DNA of 64,000 nucleotides, taken from contig CM119376.1 in the NCBI GenBank assembly GCA_051294905.1, positions 372,001 through 436,000 on the forward strand, in the 5' to 3' direction. The stretch is from Botryllus schlosseri. Lineage: Eukaryota. Positions 61,560 through 64,000 of the stretch are shown here, piece by piece. Under the pieces are notes generated by a model, which was given only the letters and a program-made list of their open reading frames with translations, made no database searches and had not been told where the DNA came from. Each line of letters begins with the position of its first letter. Positions within the stretch are counted from its first letter, which is position 1. A program made the translations under genes and the position numbers.

Positions 61560-64000
61560 CTTAGCCTAAGAAGAAGTTCTAACCTAGTTACGGCACAAGT
61601 ACAACACGTTGATTCTAATCTTTACGGTAAATCTAGACTACAATAGCCGCAGCGGCTCAGTCGACGGGTTACATTTTGGTGATTAATGGCCTACCCACTT
61701 TGGGTTGCGCATAGCGTTGGGCATAGGTTTTCTTGCTTGTTTCAGCCTCGCTTTAGTTCATCACATTTTGGCTTCTATTTTTTTTGATCTCCTCCAGGAT
61801 GGTATCAAGGGTTTTGTCGATCTCTTCATTCCCTTCGAGTTTTTGTCTCATCCTTAGCCGTTGTTTGATTGATTTGGAGATTCAGTGCCACCCGTATTTC
61901 GTTCTCCCCGTTTTTGTGTTGCTTCTGGCCTTCCAAACTGATTGTTTGTAAATGGTAATTAATTTGATCAGTGCTGCATTCAAGTTTGGGGTCAAGGTCC
62001 CGGCTGGGTCCATGTTTATCATCGTTCCGAAGTTTGCCTTATGGTATTCTTCCAGGCTTTCGCTAAATTCTCCAGTGCTTTTTGCGTTTCATCACATTTG
62101 AGGAAGAGATGCACTTCGTGCTCTAAGTCCTTTCCACAGAGTTCGCATTCTATTTGAGTTTGAAGGCCTCGTGTATGAAGTCTCATGTTCGGTTTGAGAA
62201 GTTCGTGTGTTATCAACCAGTTGAAGTCCCTTTGTTCTTTCATCGGGATTGTGTGGTTGACGTTTTGCCAGTTTGGCCCCCTCCTTTCCTCAATTTCTCT
62301 AGTGTGGTTTTTCGCTATCGAAGCGTTGTAAAGAATTTTGTTCCCTTTCGTTTTGATGTGGGTTCTTTCAACGCCTATTTCATTCATGACCTTGTTTATC
62401 TCCTTCCAATGGGCCTGGGGTTGTAACGTGTGGGGTTTGACGTTTGATATTCTCTGGGTTACATATCGTTTGAGTGTTAAGGCTAACTGGTGGTCAAGTC
62501 TTCCATCCCAGTCTCCCTTATTTTCCTTTTGGAGTCCCTTCAAGTATTGGATTGCGGGTTTGGCATAAATGATATCCGTGATAGTCGGGATGTCGACTAC
62601 CCCTCTTCCCCCCCTTTCCTCTGCTGGGACTATTTTTTTATAATCCGTTTTTCCCCTCTCAAACAGGAGCAGGTTTACACTCTCTCTCAACTCTCGTTTT
62701 ATTCGTGGTGGCATCCTTGTTGTGGCTGCTGGGTAGGTGAACAGAGGCAAGATATTTGTTCTTACTAGTGCGATGCGACTGTTCCTTTCCAGTTTGAGGT
62801 TATTGATCTCCACTGCAAGGTCATTGGCAGCCTCCAGGGCTTCTTTCCACTGGCTGTTGGTTTGTACTAGTTGCTTACTAAGAGGGTGCCCCAGTGTTTT
62901 TACCTGCTCTACCCATTTGATCTCATTCTGGACTGGTGGGGGTGTGCATTCATTGAAGTCGATTCCCCTGCTTTTGTCCTTGTTGATTTTTAAGCCACTC
63001 GCTTCCCCAAAGGCTTTTAGTATTTTTAGAGCCTCGCCGGACTCGCGTTGGGCGTCTAGTGTGATGGTGACATCGTCAGCATATGCTGGAGTAGTAATCG
63101 GTGTTCTCATGCCCGAGATCTTGCAGCCCTTCAGTTTTATATTAAGCTTCTGCAGAAGTGCCTCAGTAGAAATGGTGAAGAGATACATTGATATGGGATA
63201 TCCCTGCTTAATGCGAATTTGTCGCCGATTCATGCTGTTTTTATTGCCCCGTGTAAGTATTCATGGCTCACCGAGTCGTAGGCCTTTTCAAAGTCTACTA
63301 AGATTATTGCACGCCTCTGCTTTCCTCTCATCTCGGCTGTGATTTCTCTGAGCAGCAAGTTGATTTGGCCGATGGTTTTTGGCGGGTTGACGTGCTGGTG
63401 CTCGTGTGTTATGGTGGGCAATGCCTATGCTTCAGCCGATTTGTGAGTATTTTACTGAGGATTTTGTAATCCGTGTTTAGTAGACAGATCGGTCTGTAAT
63501 TTTCTAACTCCTTAGAGTCCCCTTTTTTGTGTATTATTTTCAGCACTGCCGTGCCGAGGTTTGCTGTTGTGCTCTGGGCTTCGTAAATTTCGTTGTAGAC
63601 TTCCGTTAGCTCCCTCTTCATTAGGTCAAGGTTAACCATATATAGCTCGGAACTTAGCCCGTCCTCGCCTGGGTTTTTTTTTTTTCTGATGTAACACAGC
63701 CACTCTGAGCTCGTCTGTTTTGATCTCCCGCTCTATAAGGTCGTGCTGTGCGGTCGAAAGTGCGTTCTGGTGGTGTTCGAAGAAGTTCTCTGCCATGTCT
63801 GTGCCCCCGTCGGGCTTATTTAATTGGTCTATTGTGGCGACTTTCCTTCTGTTTTGGATTTTCTTGCAAAGAAGACATGGGTTGTTGTCTATCGCCGTTT
63901 CTTCTTCTGCTTTCGCCTCCCTTCTTAGTTTCTCTAAGCTTTCCCTTTTATGCTTCCGAAGGGTTCTTTTAGCCCTTTGGTATTGCAATGTGGAGGTGTT
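61560..64000 (-). mobile_element. Tx1 element E12 (3' UTR, C-terminus, RT, linker; continues beyond the window)
   Basis: NYRPICLLN, DFEKAYD, IKQGYPIS, PAYADD, CELC...VHLFLKC. Confidence 0.85.

Larger units (their letters stand above)
52330..61560 (-). mobile_element. Tx1 element E11 (ORF2 and ORF1 C-terminus), split by an EnSpm-like element
   Basis: RT 53676-54330 (DFRKAYD, SYADD); APE 60531-61330 (ILTINVNG, LQETH, AGDFN, TRLDRIY, SDH); TLYNTV|YPTRAEWW continuous across the insertion. Confidence 0.85.

Noticed and set aside
52350-61570. Shared 9-mer CTTAGGCTA near the 3' ends of E11 and E12
   Set aside because: Too short to distinguish a conserved tail or target motif from chance.
2498-63972. 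Numerous plus-strand hydrophobic or Ser/Phe/Leu-rich ORFs of 60-200 aa
   Set aside because: Antisense shadows of the A-rich Tx1 coding strands, with no independent motifs.
1-64000. An intact histone gene or histone 3' stem-loop
   Set aside because: Looked for but not seen; only the three N-terminal H4 stubs were found, and I recognised no H2A, H2B, H3 or H1 remnants at the other junctions.

Overview
Eukaryotic (animal-like, probably marine invertebrate; species not determinable) repeat graveyard with no intact host gene. About 12 decayed L1/Tx1-clade non-LTR retrotransposon copies (E1-E12, at least two lineages) lie head-to-tail on the minus strand; only one ORF1 segment is inverted. They are interrupted by younger insertions with recognisable TIRs/LTRs and TSDs: several hAT MITEs, a piggyBac containing a hAT, a 4.5-kb TIR element with a spliced Ulp1/SENP protease gene, a 5.5-kb EnSpm/CACTA-like element, a TRIM-like mini LTR element, and a very young Gag-only BEL/Pao element. 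Main result: three Tx1 termini abut pieces of the histone H4 gene N-terminus that break at the same point (K8/G9). This suggests histone-H4-targeted Tx1 retrotransposons, with one copy fused to an H4 promoter/5' UTR remnant. Second result: the BEL/Pao element has no tRNA primer-binding site; its PBS is a perfect 17-nt complement of its own LTR, suggesting Tf1-like self-priming. One Tx1 lineage also carries an unrecognised Cys-rich domain at the ORF1 C-terminus. Boundaries of the decayed Tx1 copies are approximate (tens of bp); TSD-defined boundaries were counted by hand. No database searches were possible, so novelty is unverified.
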